Source: Gordius albopunctatus (Eukaryota). From it: DNA of 64,000 bases. Under the pieces are notes generated by a model, which saw only the letters and a program-made list of their open reading frames with translations, was not told the DNA's origin and did not search any database. The stretch is taken from the NCBI GenBank assembly GCA_964276515.1, contig OZ193909.1, positions 3,038,001-3,102,000 of the forward strand, written 5' to 3'. This document shows positions 52,075 through 64,000 of this stretch, piece after piece. The position numbers and the translations under genes were made by a program. How positions within the stretch are numbered: the first letter of the stretch is position 1; each line of letters starts with the position of its first letter.

Positions 52075-54014
52075 TTATTTAAATGGTAGGAAAAAAAAAT
52101 TACATACACGACTAAAAAATATTAAAAACGCGCTAAAACTAAAAGGATGGCATTGATCCGTGTATGGAAATCGTGTTGGATTTAACGATTTCCATTGTGA
52201 TCTTTTGCCTGATAAAAAATATTCTTTCAAATCTAAGGAGACGCTGGAGATCGCTTTTCCAATTTGTTTCAGGAGAGCGAGAGCTTCAATGCCTAAATTC
52301 CCGATTGTGGTGCCACTATGGCAATAAATATTGTGTCCGCGAGGGAAGAATATTTGGCTGTCTTCATATTCTCTGCACCGACTATAAGGTCGGGAGAGGA
52401 GTTGGATGGGACAAATATGTCGACCGTGGTGAAGTCCCAAGTGAGATTCAGTCCACGGGACCATGGGATGAGTGTGACCCCGTCTGGTCTTTTACCGTCG
52501 GTGGTGCTAAGGCCAACGGGCTCCAAGGTGTTAGGGTAGCCAGCCTTCCTAAGGTACTGTCCGATGATTTTGTTGATTGACGTGTGCCCGGGGTTGCGGC
52601 CTTTGCTGTATTTGCAATGGAGGGGATGATGACCATTGGGTTGGACCGGCTGTTTGCATAGATCGTATACGAAAGGGGATACTATGTCGCATCCGAGACG
52701 GAGGCCTATGGCTATGCGTAACTCCTCCCCAGATATATGGAGTCCCAAATTCCTGCTCAGGATAGCTTCGAGCCATTCGTAACCGCTCTTGGAAGAAGCC
52801 CAATTGAACAGAAGTTTTCCGTGAGATAGTTCGTTCGAAGAAAGAAAAGCGACGGAACGCGCTATTAGGGGAAGATCCCATTCCTTTTGGGTCACGCCGA
52901 GTGGTCGTTCGGCGGACTCGAGCTTGTCGGCGTCCCACCTGTGGAGAGCCTCGTGGAAGTGCGGGTCTGGGAGGGATGTCATGGGAGAGATAAGGGGGTC
53001 GGTACTCATGCGCGAAGATATAAAACCCGCTAATGCTATCTGTTGCGGAGATCGAATACCAATTCCCCTACTCTAGAAGGGAAGGATGCCTGGAGCCATT
53101 GGACTGGAGTAAACTTTATATTTAAGCAGGTTTCAAAAAGAGTCTGAATGTTTCGTTCGATTAAATTTAATTGCTCTGGGCAGCCAAAGATAGGTGAAGC
53201 ACGCAAGGCGTGATTTATTTTCGGAATGAGCAGAAAATTTTTAGCCAAGTAAAATGCATGATGTGGGGTTAGTTTCTGCAGGGTAGGTTTGACAGCCTCT
53301 ATGAAAGTTAAAAATTTGGCCAGAAAGCGTTGGGAAGATATGGGCCCACCCAGCGGTGCGCCTAGGTGGCTGAACTAGTCGAGAGTGAGGACAGGAAAGG
53401 GTAGTGTTGAGGGATCTAGTGAAGGATCCCTGCTGTATACTTCACATTTTGAGTGGTTGAGTTCGAGGCCGATTGAATCTGAAAAGTATTCAATAATCCG
53501 TGGAATTTTACGTATTTCACTCGCGGGGCCTACCAAAAATCCGTCGTCCATGTACCATAGGTTGCAAGAAAAGCTTCCTATGGTAGACAGTTTCTGGATG
53601 ATCCCCTGTATAGCTTGGCAGAAGAGTGCTGGGCCTAGGGGATCGCCTTGCTGTATCCCACTGGATAAGTGTCTAATCTTGTCCCAAACAGTAGAAAGGA
53701 TGGGGCTCCATAACTATTGAGAGCGTATGAGTAGAATTTGGGGGTGTGTTAGGTTTAGGAAGGGATATGAAGTCTTTTGCCTAAGTACTGCTTGGATTAT
53801 TGTTGGTGTCTGCACATCGTTGGTATCCAACAGTTGGATTGTCATGGAAATAACTGTTCGGCTTCGGAGGTAATGTTAGGGGTGTTGTGGGGTAAAGTAA
53901 GTGAAAGGTCTTCGATGCTGGGCAACGGTTGTTGCGGGGGCCATGGACCACATACTTTCCAAGTTTTGTTATTACAATTATCTTATCGCACACTGCACAT
54001 GGTGAAGTTGTCAT
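52075..54014 (-). mobile_element. CRE-like non-LTR retrotransposon with internal deletion
   Basis: N-terminal zinc finger CAVC...HGPRNNRC (53781-54014) joined at ~53735 to RT GIQQGDPLGPALF...WYMDDG, LGAP, and the endonuclease GKRPDGVTLIPW..WDFTTVD. Paralogous to the copy at 39.9-43.2 kb. Confidence 0.85.
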
Positions 54015-54804
54015 GTTTAAAAGAGAAAAAAATAAATAAATAAAAAGATGGTGTCTATTAAACTCTAGCTTTTTTAAATTATTTTTCTTGCCATAATCTC
54101 AAGAAGGTTTTTGGATATTTTGGGGTTGGAAATTGACATTTAAAATTCAAAGGTAAGGAATTCTGATTGCACATCTCTTATTAAAAATTCAAAAGTGTAT
54201 TTGGTTATTTATGGAAATGAGTGCCAAAACTTGGTAAGGTATGAAAGATATTGAGAAAAAAAACATATATGTATATGTAAAATATTTATGCCTTATTGCT
54301 ATGTACATTAGTTTATGCTAAAATACAACACGATTTCCATACACGGACCAGTTATAGTAATTATAAATAAATGATCATCACACGGATTCAAATTTGCCAA
54401 TTTTCCTAGATTTAAATATCAAATATTTGCAATTTATATTAATTGAAGTTTTCAGTTGCCATGCACTTTGTTTTCTTATTCATTTTATAGTATATTTAAC
54501 AATTATAACTATCTTATATTTAATAATAATATAAAAGCGTAAATAAACTCGGGCCTTCGGCCCTCGTGGGAAGGGGGAAGGGGAGGGAAGGGGGAAGGGG
54601 AGGAGGGGAAGGAAGGGGGAACTCATCTACACTCCGTATAAATGTATCATATTTGCTATGCAATTTATGGAAATACTTACGTGAATATTGCAAAACGAAG
54701 GTTGGAAGCACTAAATAAGTGTATATGCCAAATATCATAAAGGGGGAGAGAGGGAGCGAAGGGGAAGCTTTATGGTTAGTTAAATTCTACGGGAGTTGTA
54801 TTAC

Positions 54805-56157
54805 CAAAAAGTCATAATAGCAATGGTAGGAACAGGAACAATCATAATAGTCAAAAAAAACGAAAAAAAAATTTTCGAATCACATTTTGGCCAAAGGTCA
54901 TTTTTTTCAATTGGTCAGCAGCCAGGACACGGTAAAAGTGGATATAAATTCATAATAGTCAAAAAAAACGAAAAAAAAGTTTTCGAATCACATTTTGGCC
55001 AATGGTTATTTTATTCCATTGGTCAGCAGCCAGCGGACGGCCAAAAAGTCATAATAGCAATGGTAGGAACAGGAACAATCATAATAGTCAAAAAAAACGG
55101 AAAAAATAATTTCGATTCACATTTTGGCCAATGGTCATTTTTTTCCATTGGTCAGCAGCCAGGACACGGTAAAAGTGGATATAAATTCATAACAGTCAAA
55201 AAAAACGAAAAAAAAATTTTCGAATAACATTTTGGCCAATGGTCATTTTATTCCATTGGTCAGCAGCCAGCGGACGGCCAAAAAGTCATAATAGCAATGG
55301 TAGGAACAGGAACAATCATAATATTCAAAAAAAACGAAAAAATAAACTCGGATACACATTTTGGCCAATGGTCATTTTTTCATTGGTCAGCAGCCAGCGG
55401 ACGGCCAAAAAGTCTTATTATCATTGATAGTAACAAGAACAATCATAAGAGTCAAAAAAAACTCCGGGATTCTAACCCAAAAACTAGATAAATTGCATAG
55501 CAATTATTAAAAAGTATAGGGTAATTATCAATGTTAACCTATTCAAAAACGAACAAAAAATTTTGATTTATTTGGCAAATGGTAATTTTTTTCAATTATC
55601 AATGTTAACTTATTCAAAAAGAAAAAACGAAAAATTAGGATTTATTTGGCCAATGTTCATTTTTTCATTGGTCAGTAGCCAGCGGACGGTCAAAAAGTCA
55701 TATTATCAATGGTATTAACAAGAACAAAATATTAAATTAATTAAAAAAATAAAAATTTTGCCCTCTCCGGGATTCGAACCCACATTAAATAGAGGCATAA
55801 GCCTTTGGAGGGGAACAGGGAACCATATAAATAGAGCCATAGGCCCTTGTAGGGGAGGGCATAGGGTAATTATCAATGTTAAACTATTCAAAAACGAAAA
55901 ATTAAAAATTTCGATTTATCTGGCCAGTGGTCATTTTTTCATTGGTCAGTAGCCTGCGGACGGTCAAAAAGTCATATTATCAATGGTATTAACAAGAACA
56001 AAATATTAATTTAATTTAAAAAAAAAAAATTTTGTCCTCTCCGGGTCTCGAACCCGCAACCTCCAGGTCGGGAAGCTGGTGTAAATAACTTGGTGGACGA
56101 CGGACGGACGGACGGAAGGACAACCAAAAACGAGCCCATAAATTGCATAGCAATTAA
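54805..56157 (+). repeat. Higher-order minisatellite (237-bp dimer of two related monomers) within a Helentron/DINE-like element ending in (GGAC)n and a hairpin
   Basis: CAAAAAGTCATAATAGCAATGG at 54805, 55042 and 55279; diverged units continue to ~56050; (GGAC)n at ~56095-56115; terminal CCCATAAATTGCATAGCAATTAA. Confidence 0.7.
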
Positions 56158-57834
56158 TAAATATGAAAGCTTGAATTTATCTCACCCTTTTATCACCTAT
56201 TTAATATGTATTTAAAAAGTAGTTACTACTTATCATTTAAAGATTTTACCAATTATCAAATTTACAAAATTGAAAGATTAGTGCTAACAATCAATAAAAG
56301 TAGAAGGCAACATGACCACCGCATCATAAACCGTTGGAAACATTAGTACAAAAATTAAGAAACAATGAAGAGGTAGGGACCATTCCAAAGGGCAAACTAA
56401 GAATCTGACCAGATTTAGAAACCCTCGAAAAATATGTTGACCTGACACTTAAACAGAGAATCACGAGTAGAGCGGTGGAATTAGATAATATAACTATTAT
56501 GTTCTCTGCTTGAGGGTATTGTTAAATCGGGAAGTTTTTATCTCGGAAAATGAGAAGTACTTTATATTCGTTTCTGTGTTGTCTAATTTTTCTTACTGGC
56601 TCTGGGGATAATTCTTATTTATAGACTGGGGATTATTTTATTTATAAATTTATTAACTAAATCGGTTGCACTCAAAATATTAGTTTATTGATTCCGAAAC
56701 CACTCCAAATAATAATAATAGATATATATATATATATGGCGTAACGATGAAACGAATCAGGGAACAATAATTTGGAGAATTTAAAACTGGGAAAATTAGG
56801 TTTTTACGGGGCAAATTTTGGTTCTGCTCAGTTTCTGCGGAGAAACGTTCTAAACCCAAAGTTCTGGTGTGTATCAATTTTCATGGGACCTATATAGGTT
56901 TGATTTTCTTGGCTTGTATTTTTATCCTTGAAACTTCTTCACTTTCACGAGCCATTTTTCCGCGCCAACTTTTGATGAATGGCGGCCTTTCACTTCCAAT
57001 GATCTTCGAATCTTCTGCTGACAGTTCTAATTCTCCGCTACGTTTCTTGGGCCAATTCGTTATTTATAGCCCGGTTTTTTGTACCCTTGCTTTTCTCTGC
57101 TACTTCTTTCGGGCCAAGTCGTGATTTATCGCCTTCTTTTGTTGTATCCTTGCTCTATTTCTCTACCAACCCAATCTTCGGTAATCTTCCTCCGTCCTTA
57201 GCCCGTCTTTTGGAGCCAATTATCGATCTAGGGCCCGCTGTTTCCTCGTATCTCGTGTCCCTTCCTAATAAGGATTGTAAAAACATAACAATAACTATAG
57301 ATGGTTTTAAAATCCTTGCGACTATAGGATAGATATCCATGTAAAGCTATTTAACAAAATACTTGCAAATGTGAGAATTCTTGGGTGTGTCGTATTCGTA
57401 TCCCCACGAGACAGACACGGGCCCGCCTTAATTAATTGCTATGCAATTTATTAATTTATTATTGGTGTATTTAATGTTTGGAATGTTCAAGTTGTTGTGC
57501 GGGAAAATAAGTTTGGATGAATAGTTTATTATACGTGTATTTAAGGTTTGGGGTGTTCCAGTTGTGTTACACATTAAGATTAATGGGCTATAAAATAAGT
57601 ATGGATAAGTTTGAAATGAGGCCGCGCGGTTGGTTTGATGGCTTAAGGGGGAAAACAGAGTCAAATAGAAAAAAAGGAAAGTAGGGCAATATACTCCAGG
57701 GGGTTAAGGAACCCAGGGGTTATATAAAGATAAAAATACCTTAAAATTATTATACTTTTACTTTTATTCTCCCCAAAAGCTACCTCACCTTCTCCAGATT
57801 TATAGTTAAGCTGTCCCTACTCTTCCTCAACTAA

Positions 57835-58500
57835 TTTTTTTTTGAATTGACATGCTTTATTAAATAAAAAGTATTAAATATTGAGTGGAATTAATAAAAA
57901 GATACAAGAACGAAAACATTTATATAAAAAAATGATTAAAACTCATTATCCGTTTCTTCATCTTTGAGAATGGGCATTGAATCCATCAAAGAATAAAAAT
58001 TAGATTTAGCGATCGCGATGGCAATTGATTGTCGTAGTAAAAAACTATTCGATATTTTACAAGGGGGCGAGCGTTTATTTAGTTCTTTAAAAAAATTAAT
58101 GCCCTCTTCCCAAACGTCCCTGAGCACCATGAGACGATAGGAATAAAAATCGAGGTTTGGGATAAAGCTGAATATTTTAAGGATTTCCGATGCTCTGCCG
58201 ATCCAAGGGGGTTGTGAGTATCGTTGGAGGGGGCAAATAGGTCAATACAGGTGTAGTCCCATTTTAGGAAAAGGCCTTTGTCCCATGGGATAAGAGACGA
58301 ACCGTCCGGGCGCATCCGCCCTTCGAGAGAGGGATCTGAAGGTTCAAGGATCGAAGGGACTTTTGCCCGTTTGAGGGCAGCTTGAAGCAGTATATTTATT
58401 ACGGCTTTTGTTAAATTTACAATGCAGAGGGTGAAGTGCTTCCTCATCTACAAGTGAATTACAAAGCCGGCAGGGGCCCAAGCGGAGGGCTATATTGTAG
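57835..58500 (-). mobile_element. 5'-truncated CRE-like non-LTR copy (second subfamily) with polyA tail
   Basis: LRLGPCRLC..HPLHC, ILEPSDPSLEGRMRPDGSSLIPW..WDYTCID; AATAAA followed by A9 at 57835-57843. Confidence 0.85.
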
Positions 58501-59081
58501 GACAGGGTAGGATTCTCCAAAAACATACCCGAAAACATAATTAATAGTTAACGAGTCTAGTACTGAGTATAGTTTGTTCTCAGATTGGAAGTGGAATTAT
58601 CTTAGTAGGAGTAGGAGAGACCGGGGCTAGTTGTAGCCCGGGGTTAGTATTATCTTTCTAATTATTTTTTAAAATAATAATGTAGTTAATATCCTAAATA
58701 TGCTAACTAAAACTGTACGCCAAATAAAATAATTTATTCCCAAGATCGCAAATACAAAAACAGCTGATACCCATAGATATAATATCGTCAATACGTTACA
58801 ACATCGATAATCAACCTTTTATATAATACAAATGGTAGTTATAATACTAATCCCCGCATGGAAAGGTTACAGATCCTTACAGATATTAAATCAAAATTAA
58901 AGTGTATTTTTCCATAAGGCATAAGTAAAAAAATTTTGTTTAGATAAAATTTAAAATTTTTATTTAGAAAAAACAATTTTTCGGGGCTATTAGTAGCCTT
59001 TACAGAATTTTTTATTTTGCAAATAAAATTTTTTTGGTTCAATATTTTGGATTGATTTAACTTTTATTTTATAAAGAGAGA

Positions 59082-60975
59082 TTTTTTTGATTCAAATGCT
59101 TTTATTCGCTAAAATTGGTACATGAAATATACAATAAACGGGCTTAAAATAATATTATAAATAAAATAAAAAAAACACGGGCCATGTGTCAGAAAAATAA
59201 TTGTAATTATATTTAGCTATCAGAATGCCGATTTTTTGGCGTAAAATAAAGCTGGGTGAGTATTTAGCTTTGGGCGATCTGTTTCCTATCGATTTAAAAA
59301 AAGCTAATGCTTTTTTGCCAAAAGTGGCCGAACAGGAAGCTACTATTGGAATAAAAATCTTGGAATGAGCAATGGCTCGGTATTTGAGTGTTTTGCGATC
59401 TTCGGCACAAGAAAGTGGGTTATAATTAGAGATGCACCGATACCACTATTTTGTGCCGATACCGATACCAGCCGATACTTAAGATTTTTTTGCCGATACC
59501 GATACCATGCCGATACTTATAATAAAAAAATTTTTATACTAAAAAATATATGCAAATTAAATATGATAAATTAAGTCACATCCAAATTTTGGTAGATCAG
59601 AATTTTGACGATAAAACAATTGTAATATAATATTAATTTATAATAATAAATTTTGTTATTAATTAATTCAAAAGTATTGTAATTAATAGATCAAAAAAGA
59701 AATTTAAATTTTATTATGGTACACTTTATATTTTATTAATACATAAATTTATTTTATAAAAAAGTAAATATACGTGTAATATGCTTAAATTAAAAACTAA
59801 TATTGAAAATTTAGTTCTCTTATGTTCAACTTAACAACAATTGTTTATTTTGTTCTATTTTCTCCGAAAGAAGCCTTCTTCTCCTATTAGAATCTATCTC
59901 ACCACTCATCATACTGAATAATGATTCTGATGGTACTGTTGTTGGTGGTGGGCCTAGATATCTTCTCGCTAATTTCAGAAAAATAACGTCGACTTGGAAT
60001 GAAATATTTAGGACACATTTTTTTATGAATCTATTAAATCCAATATCTTCTACAATTGAAAAGGGTTGTGACTTGTGAGTCCAATGCAATCATTTCAGCA
60101 ATTAATTGAGTAATACTCTCTGCTTTATTATGTGTACTATCCCACATTTTATTAAGCTCAATCACTTCCTTTAATGTAGATTGAATACCAGAAGCTGGTT
60201 TTTGTTTATTCAAATTAATCTTTTTTGTATTAATATCACTTTAATTTTTAAGAACACTGCGAAATTCGATTGGATGTCTAGTTTTTAAATGTTTCCTTAA
60301 ATTTGAAGTATTAACGGAATCTTTGTCTTTGCCCCCACGACTTATTTTAGCTTTGCATAATTCACAGATTACAATATTTTCATCTGCTGAGGCTGACACA
60401 ACAAAATAACTCCATAGTGTATCTAAAGAACCCATTTAAGGCTTAATATATAATAATTTTTAAAATAATATTTACTTAAAAGCGGAGTTATTCGGAACAG
60501 ATGGTGAATGAGTTTATATACTCAACATAGAAATATTTATAGCCAATCAAATGAAACAATTTTAAAAAAATTTAAAAAGTCCTCTATTTTTTAATGGTAG
60601 GAGATACTATAAATATTATTTTTTGAGTTTCATATTGAAAAAGGTATCGGCTTGGTAATTGCCGATACTAGCAATGTATCGGCAAATACTTTTGGCAAAG
60701 TATCGGCGCCGATACCATGCCGATACTAGGTATCGGTGCATCTCTAGTTATAATTATTATTAGTTGGCGCAAAAATATCGATGCAGGTTAAGTTCCATGC
60801 TAGAAACTTACCATCCTCCCAGGGGATCATAGAAGCTCCGTCGGGACGCATTCTACCTTCTAAAGAAGGATCGGATGGTTCAAGGATTTATCTTTTGATG
60901 TCGGATAAAGCGATATTTTTTTAACTTGCAATGAAGTGGGTGATGAGCCCAGATATCTATTTCCTTATTGCAATT
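59082..60975 (-). mobile_element. 5'-truncated CRE-like copy with polyA tail and ~90-bp TSD, split by a hAT element
   Basis: Removing 59427-60746 plus one TSD restores WNLTCIDIFAPTNNNYNPLSCAEDRKTLKYRAIAHSKIFIPIV; HHPLHC knuckle at the 5' end; AATAAA and A7 at the 3' end. Confidence 0.85.
59427..60746 (-). mobile_element. hAT (ZBED4/Ac-like) internally deleted transposon, 1320 bp
   Basis: TIR TAGAGATGCACCGATACC; perfect TSD GTTATAAT; BED finger WSYF..CELC..NTSNLRKHLKTRHP, QPFSIVEDIGF, and C-terminal LARRYLGPPPTTVPSESLFS; catalytic core missing. Confidence 0.93.
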
Positions 60976-61953
60976 TAGCCTTTAAAAAATTTTTTATTTT
61001 GCAAATAAAATTTTTTGGGTTCAATATTTTGGATTAATTTAACTTTTATCTTATAAAGGGAGATTTTTTATATAAAACCCGTCTAATGATTAAATTTTTA
61101 TATGCAATATAACATTTTAAATTATTAAGTGTTTATAAAAATAGGGGTCGGGGCTAGTCGGAGAGGGGCTATTGCTAGCCATTTTTTATTGTGTCTTACA
61201 AATGACAAGATCCAAAAAAAAAATTTTGTTTAATAATCTAACTTAGTGTTATTTGGAATAGAAATAGACTATGATTCTACATTACAAAATGACTAAAAGT
61301 TATTTTCCATTGCTAAATCCGTCTTTTAAGTGTTCCTAAGTCAGATTGTCATCTTGACCCTTTTTTATTTGTTTTATAAAAAAAATAATTATATTACATT
61401 TGCATTTTCTACATTTTTTATAATGGAACAATTTTTTATTTATTTGAGTTAGCATACACTAATAAGAAGTGAAAACGTCAGAGTTAATCTAACGGCTATG
61501 ACTAGCCCCGGGCATTTTCAAAAAATTTTAGATTTTTGTTTTTTTTAAACTTAATTTGTGAGAGAACTATTACTTATTTCCCTCCAAATTTTTTCCCTAT
61601 AGTAAAAATAGACCTTAAAAATATATTCCAACAAAAAAATTGGAAAAATTGTTTTTAGTTTTTTTTACAACGCGATTTAATTTTTTATGGCTAAAGTAGC
61701 CCCGGTCTCCCCTACGTCAAGAGAAAACTTTCCCTGCCACCTAAAAACTCCCCGGATATAACAGTCCAAATCAAACCACAAACGTAACAGTTTTCCACGA
61801 CCTTTTAAATTCTCAAACACAACAGGGTGGACAGAAGATTATGCTATTAGAGTTGTTAATGTAATGAAATCTATTATAGTTCATTTAATGTCTCAAAATA
61901 AACTAATTCCGTTTGAAGTTACCACTTTACTTTCTCAAACGTTTTATAGATTA

Positions 61954-63171
61954 CTAGCTGTGCCCGGCCAAGCGTTGCTTTGGCTCAGTCCTTAAGTGGT
62001 TAGATAAGTATAACCTATTAATAAGACTTATCTAAAATGGGGTCATATATGAAATAATAATTCAAATAAATAAAATATCCATAATATTTATTTAGAGCAC
62101 GAATTTTATCACGTTATGGTTTTTATGAACACACTATTTTTAGTATATATATAATAAGACAAACCAAATGCGAATTCTGTTTTAGTCATCAAATCCGACT
62201 AAAATTAAATGTTTTTGAAAAATTTGCTGATCAATGCTGTTACTTATTATACAATAATACCATTATTTTATTTTTCTAGTTAGCTGATTTATTTGAAATA
62301 CAATTTTTTTTAATATAATAAAATAATTAATTGAAGGATGGATAATTATTAAAAATATGCTTCTATGATCGACCACGTGATAATAATTTAAATTTTATTT
62401 ATTTAATTTAAATAGTTGATCAAACCCTAATAATTTTGACCGTATACTGTAACATTTTTATTATACTTTTAAATATCTAATTCGAGAAAACTTCAACCTT
62501 GTATGTATGACGTCATTATTGTATATGCTGCTATAAATTAAACTGGCCGGGAAATTTCCGATATTTTTAAAAAGAAAAGGTATTTTTGGAATCTGAAAAG
62601 GGCCCGTATTTTACCACTGGCATCCTTGGGCATCTACGGCTAAATTTTCACATACATACATACATACATACATACATACATACATACATACATACATACA
62701 TACATACATACATACATACATACATACATACATACATACATACATACATACATACATACATACATACATACATACATACATACATACATACATACATACA
62801 TACATACATACATACATACATACATACATACATACATACATACATACATACATACATACATACATACATACATACATACATACATACATACATACATACA
62901 TACATACATACATACATACATACATACATACATACATACATACATACATACATACATACATACATACATACATACATACATACATACATACATACATACA
63001 TACATACATACATACATACATACATACATACATACATACATACATACATACATACATACATACATACATACATACATACATACATACATACATACATACA
63101 TACATACATACATACATACATACATACATACATACATACATACATAGTAAATTCATTATTTAGATTTAGGA
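61954..63171 (-). mobile_element. Non-autonomous Helitron (~1.2 kb) carrying a microsatellite
   Basis: Minus strand A|TCCTAAATCTAAATAAT start; 3' end has a GC-rich hairpin (plus strand GCCAAGC-GTT-GCTTTGGC) followed by CTAG|T; no TSD. Confidence 0.75.
62651..63146. repeat. Perfect (CATA)124 microsatellite
   Basis: 496 bp of uninterrupted CATA. Confidence 0.98.
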
Positions 63172-64000
63172 TGGTAAATTGAGATAATTGAGATTCCTTT
63201 AATATTGGATATTTAGGACACTCAAGTCTAACTAATAATAAATCTATCACATAAAATTTCAATTTTAGTAATTTTAGCTTGTTTAATAAAATATGAGTGG
63301 CCCTTAGGGCTTGTAAATAACACAGGTCTACAAAAAAAACCATCCTGCAATCGAACCTATAATTCTGATGGAGAATTTGCCCTGAACAATAATCTGTTTT
63401 TAGTTTTTTCCAAAAATTTAAGTTTTCAAGATGAACGAGGTTGAAAATGCAAAAAATTCCCATTTTAATCTTTTTGAAGCTATATTTTATTAAACTATTC
63501 CTGTATATTAAAGTGTCCTCTATAGGTTCATTATTTTAGTTTTTTGTTTCACCTCTATAAATTTATTTGCGTTAACGTGAGCCATTCCTCTTATCAAAAT
63601 TAATCCCACTATGGTTGGAAAACGGAGACATTAGAGTAAATACTGCGTACGCGATGTTTACTAACACATCCCCCTCCCCCCTGACGATTAAACAAAGTAC
63701 TAAATTTGGCTGATATGGCTAAAGAATTTTTGAGCACCTTAGCGAATTTTGTGCATGACAAACGATTGATTTTGAAAGCTACTATTACTATTTGAAAAGG
63801 CCATGATAGATTAAATTCAATCATGAGTCTGCCAAGATTTAGTATCGAACTCGGGACACTTCTGAAATTTTCAAGCTAAAAATCACATTATGCATTTGTT
63901 TGCCATTTTCATTACTTTTCACATTATAATTGTAGGGTTGGCAGGTGCATTCTAATCTATAAAATTTTCTGTGAATATAGGCCTGTAGGGAGAAGCTGCT

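Larger units (their letters stand above)
58614..61712. mobile_element. TA-flanked TIR element (Tc1/mariner-pogo-like, non-autonomous) hosting nested CRE and hAT insertions
   Basis: TA|GGAGAGACCGGGGCTA ... TAGCCCCGGTCTCCCC|TA; a solo matching end at ~21414-21430. Confidence 0.7.

Noticed and set aside
54796..55491. Repeat-protein ORFs or CRISPR-like array
   Set aside because: Whole units are repeated with no unique spacers, there are no cas genes, the context is eukaryotic, and A-run length changes shift the frames.
62586..63463. Long ORFs with IHTY/MYVC repeats
   Set aside because: Translations of the (CATA)n microsatellite, which has no stop codons.

Overview
AT-rich, intron-containing animal (invertebrate-like) genomic DNA; the species cannot be determined from the window. 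Four conserved multi-exon genes were reconstructed by hand: WDR12 (-), medium-chain acyl-CoA dehydrogenase (+), an SLC3A1/rBAT-like GH13 membrane protein with complete glucosidase catalytic motifs (+), and actin (+). There is also a U3 snoRNA gene just downstream of WDR12 and a candidate small secreted, prohormone-like gene at 1.3-2.8 kb. The rest is dense in mobile DNA: a circularly permuted single-LTR Ty3/gypsy (Mag-like) element, a CsRN1-type gag-pro remnant, four CRE-like non-LTR copies (one with a ~90-bp target-site duplication), several hAT MITEs or deletion derivatives with 8-bp TSDs, a TA-flanked element, a tRNA-derived SINE, a Helitron carrying (CATA)124, a Helentron-like family and a 1.35-kb intronic palindrome. 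The most intriguing observations are: (1) a degenerate hepadnavirus/DIRS-type RNase H whose stop is followed directly by TATA, Inr and a polyA signal (37.3-38.2 kb); (2) the permuted LTR element; (3) the very long TSD; (4) strongly non-consensus splice donors (+5G in only 5 of 32 introns) with introns as short as 35 nt; (5) CpG depletion restricted to the 5' parts of genes. All alignments, counts and family calls were made by eye from remembered motifs; no database searches were run.
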